A stretch of 55,669 bases of DNA from NCBI GenBank assembly GCA_021325135.1, contig JAJPHT010000028.1:1-55669 (forward strand). The letters are read 5' to 3'. Source of the DNA: Pseudomonadota bacterium. Lineage in GTDB: Archaea > Thermoplasmatota > SW-10-69-26 > JACQPN01 > JAJPHT01. A program made the position numbers and the translations under genes. Position 1 is the stretch's first letter, and each line of letters starts with the position of its first letter. This document shows, piece by piece, positions 53,382 through 55,669 of the stretch. Below the pieces are notes generated by a model. That model saw only the letters and a program-made list of their open reading frames with translations. It did no database searches and was not told the origin of the DNA.

Positions 53382-54110
53382 GTGAGCCCCTTGAGGCCGG
53401 GTCGCAAGCTCTCTGCGCTCATCGTCTTCGGCACGATCCTCCTCGCCGCGCTGCTCAGCGCCGCGGCGGGCGTCGACGCGCAGGACCAGGCCGCGGCCGC
53501 TCCCCGCCAGGTCTACCTCGCGCCGCAGGAGGACAACTCCAAGTGCCCCGGCGGCAACGGCCCCTGCTGGGACATCCCCGTCATCCCGGTGAACCCGGGC
53601 GAGAACCTCCAGATCGTGGTGGACCTCAGCCACGCGAGCCAGCCCCACGACTTCCACGTGAAGGACGCCGGCGGCACGGAGCTTGGCAAGGTCCCGCCCT
53701 CGTCCACCATCGGCGGCGTCTACTACCTCAACATCACCGTCCCGCAGAACCTCAAGGGCTCGCTGGACTACTTCTGCAGCGTCCACCCGAAGACCATGGT
53801 GGGCAAGCTCACCGCGGTGAGCGCGCTCGGGCAGTCCGAGGCGCCCGCCGTGCCCGAGATGGGCGTCCACTTCCTCGCGTACTGGGTGGGCACCATCGCG
53901 TTCATGCTGCTCTTCCTGGTCTACGGCCTCACGTTCTTCCTATTCAAGTACAACGAGACCCCCGCGACGACGGACCACTGGGACCGCGTGGGCGCCGAGG
54001 GGCAGACCGAGAACCCGCGCCTGCGCGGCGGCATGGCGAGCCTCCTGGCGCTGGGCCTCGCGGTCGTCCTCATCGTGGTCGTCGTCCTCGTCGCGCGCTA
54101 CCTGAGGTGA
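53382..54110 (+). CDS. Membrane-anchored type-1 copper (halocyanin/plastocyanin-like) protein
   Basis: PHDF…YFCSVHPKTM ligand loop; two C-terminal TMs; TTAAATA about 25 bp upstream. Confidence 0.85.
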   Translation: MSPLRPGRKLSALIVFGTILLAALLSAAAGVDAQDQAAAAPRQVYLAPQEDNSKCPGGNGPCWDIPVIPVNPGENLQIVVDLSHASQPHDFHVKDAGGTELGKVPPSSTIGGVYYLNITVPQNLKGSLDYFCSVHPKTMVGKLTAVSALGQSEAPAVPEMGVHFLAYWVGTIAFMLLFLVYGLTFFLFKYNETPATTDHWDRVGAEGQTENPRLRGGMASLLALGLAVVLIVVVVLVARYLR

Positions 54111-54475
54111 GCAACCTGGCCAAGAAGTCCGGCGCGAATCCCGGCGACGTCGTGAGGTACGTGCCCGCCACCGAGCCCATGGTGGCCGCCCTCGCCATCG
54201 CGATCCTCACCATCCTCGAGGTCGTCTTCGCGGTCCTGTTCATCTTCCTCCTCGTCACCAGCGGCCCCTCGTTCCACCCCGTGAAGTGGGCGCTGCCCAA
54301 CGGCCAGAACCTCGCGTTCGAGGGCAACAGCGTCGAGGTCCAGCAGGCCGAGGCGTTCGCGCTGGGCGGCGCGCTGCTCACCCTCGCCGCCATCCTGTCG
54401 CTCTATCGCAAGTTCTTCCTGCCCGACGTGATGATCGTCAAGAAGCGGAAGCTGAAGTACGAGGATCTGATGTGA
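54107..54475 (+). CDS. Small 2-TM protein, probable bc-complex accessory subunit
   Basis: GTGA overlap; located between the cupredoxin and Rieske genes. Confidence 0.7.
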   Translation: MSNLAKKSGANPGDVVRYVPATEPMVAALAIAILTILEVVFAVLFIFLLVTSGPSFHPVKWALPNGQNLAFEGNSVEVQQAEAFALGGALLTLAAILSLYRKFFLPDVMIVKKRKLKYEDLM

Positions 54476-54485
54476 GGTTGCTCCC

Positions 54486-55352
54486 GTGAACCGCCGATCC
54501 TTCGTCAAGACCTGCGTCGGCGTCGCCGGCGCCGGAGCCCTCGCCGCCAGCGGCCTGAGCATGGCCGCGGGCCTCGCGATCCCCCGCCGCGCGGGCGGCG
54601 CGCTGATCCGCTACTACGGCGCGCACCGCGTCGGCGGCCCCGCGCCCCGCGGCGTGCCCCTCGTCCCCATCACCGTGGAGAACGGGAAGTTCGTGGGCAA
54701 GACCTCCATCCCGTCGTTCAAGAACGGCCAGGAGGACCCGTCGACCCCCATCAACGTCCTCGAGTGGTACAAGTACTGCGGCCACTCCGGCGCGCCCGGC
54801 CTCGTGCCCAACTTCACCAACGACAACTCGCTCCTCTACAACGAGAAGGACCTCTACAAGGTCGTGAAGCCCTGGTTCGACGGCAAGTACGGGCAGCCCG
54901 TCTCGCCCGACGACTTCCCCGCCAACAGCTTCGGCGCCGCGTTCCAGTGGCGCAGCAAGGGGCAGAGCGGCGTCAACGTCCTCTCGGGCGTCATCATCCG
55001 GGCGAACCCCGACGAGGTGAAGTACGTCACGGCCACCGTGGCGCCCGCGAAGCCCCTCGTCTCGCAGGCCGAGTACGACTACGTCGTGAAGAACGTCCAC
55101 TACGTGGACCCCGACACGAAGAACCACTACATCGCGGTGTCCACCTTCTGCACGCACTTCTGCTGCGTGCCCGGCTACAAGGAGGCCGAGGCGCTCGCCC
55201 GGCCCCGCAACGCGTGGGACAACATGTTCTGCACGTGCCACAACTCCAACTACAACTACCGCCAGCCCGTCGCCTACACGTTCTCGCCGGAAACGACGGC
55301 GACCTCCAACGAGGGCGTGTTCGACCCGCTGCTGAAGTCCCAGACGGCGTGA
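54486..55352 (+). CDS. petA: Rieske 2Fe-2S protein of a cytochrome bc complex
   Basis: Tat signal NRRSFVK; CTHFCC and CTCHNSNY boxes. Confidence 0.93.
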   Translation: MNRRSFVKTCVGVAGAGALAASGLSMAAGLAIPRRAGGALIRYYGAHRVGGPAPRGVPLVPITVENGKFVGKTSIPSFKNGQEDPSTPINVLEWYKYCGHSGAPGLVPNFTNDNSLLYNEKDLYKVVKPWFDGKYGQPVSPDDFPANSFGAAFQWRSKGQSGVNVLSGVIIRANPDEVKYVTATVAPAKPLVSQAEYDYVVKNVHYVDPDTKNHYIAVSTFCTHFCCVPGYKEAEALARPRNAWDNMFCTCHNSNYNYRQPVAYTFSPETTATSNEGVFDPLLKSQTA

Positions 55353-55361
55353 AGTGATATC

Positions 55362-55669
55362 ATGGCAGTCCTCCCCGGCGAAGCGAACGGCGAGATGGCC
55401 CCGAAGCGCGTGACCGGCGGCCAGCGCGCCGCGCTGCGCGTGTACGGCTGGCTCGACGAGCGGTTCCGCCTCCGCAACGTGGCGGACAAGGTCGGCAGCT
55501 TCTACATGCAGATCAACATGCAGCTGCCCCGCTCCCACACGGAGAAGTACAAGCTGCGCTCGATCTGGTACTGGTACCCCATGTACACGCTCGGCAGCCT
55601 CGCGCTGCTGAGCTTCGTCATCGCCGCCATCTCCGGCATCCTGCTCACGTTCTGGTACGTGCCCTCCAC
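55362..55669 (+). CDS. petB: Cytochrome b N-terminal part (truncated by window edge)
   Basis: Manual translation WLDERF…NMQLPRSHTEKY…WYWYPMYTLGS…SGILLTFWYVPS. Confidence 0.9.
   Translation, partial: MAVLPGEANGEMAPKRVTGGQRAALRVYGWLDERFRLRNVADKVGSFYMQINMQLPRSHTEKYKLRSIWYWYPMYTLGSLALLSFVIAAISGILLTFWYVPS

Overview
GC-rich archaeal chromosome segment. TFB, a COG1395-type HTH regulator, a haloarchaeal-style Rieske/cytochrome b operon and PGF-CTERM-like sorting signals point to an aerobic, high-GC euryarchaeote, most likely Thermoplasmatota-like (inferred from protein families, not searched). Contents: many secreted or surface proteins; a MoxR-DUF58 operon headed by a ~2060-aa Ca-binding-repeat adhesin-like protein; two inverted Phi-1/EXORDIUM-like paralogs; tandem bactofilin-like genes; a ~9-kb compositionally atypical island (about 24.2-33.5 kb) with a tyrosine integrase, iteron-like repeats and Cys-rich secreted paralogs; a K+ channel; vapBC; an FAD/CCG/2Fe-2S fusion oxidoreductase; and the start of a bc-complex operon. 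The strongest candidate for an undescribed system is a module present twice: a single-pass receptor-like protein (beta-rich ectodomain, TM, cytoplasmic TPR) divergently paired with a small secreted FN3-like protein, with a winged-helix gene nearby and an 18-bp motif (T[A/G]GA-N3-TT[C/G]TTGTGAA[A/T]) in both intergenic regions and upstream of two other genes. All family calls are by-eye motif recognition. No tRNA, rRNA or CRISPR array was recognised.
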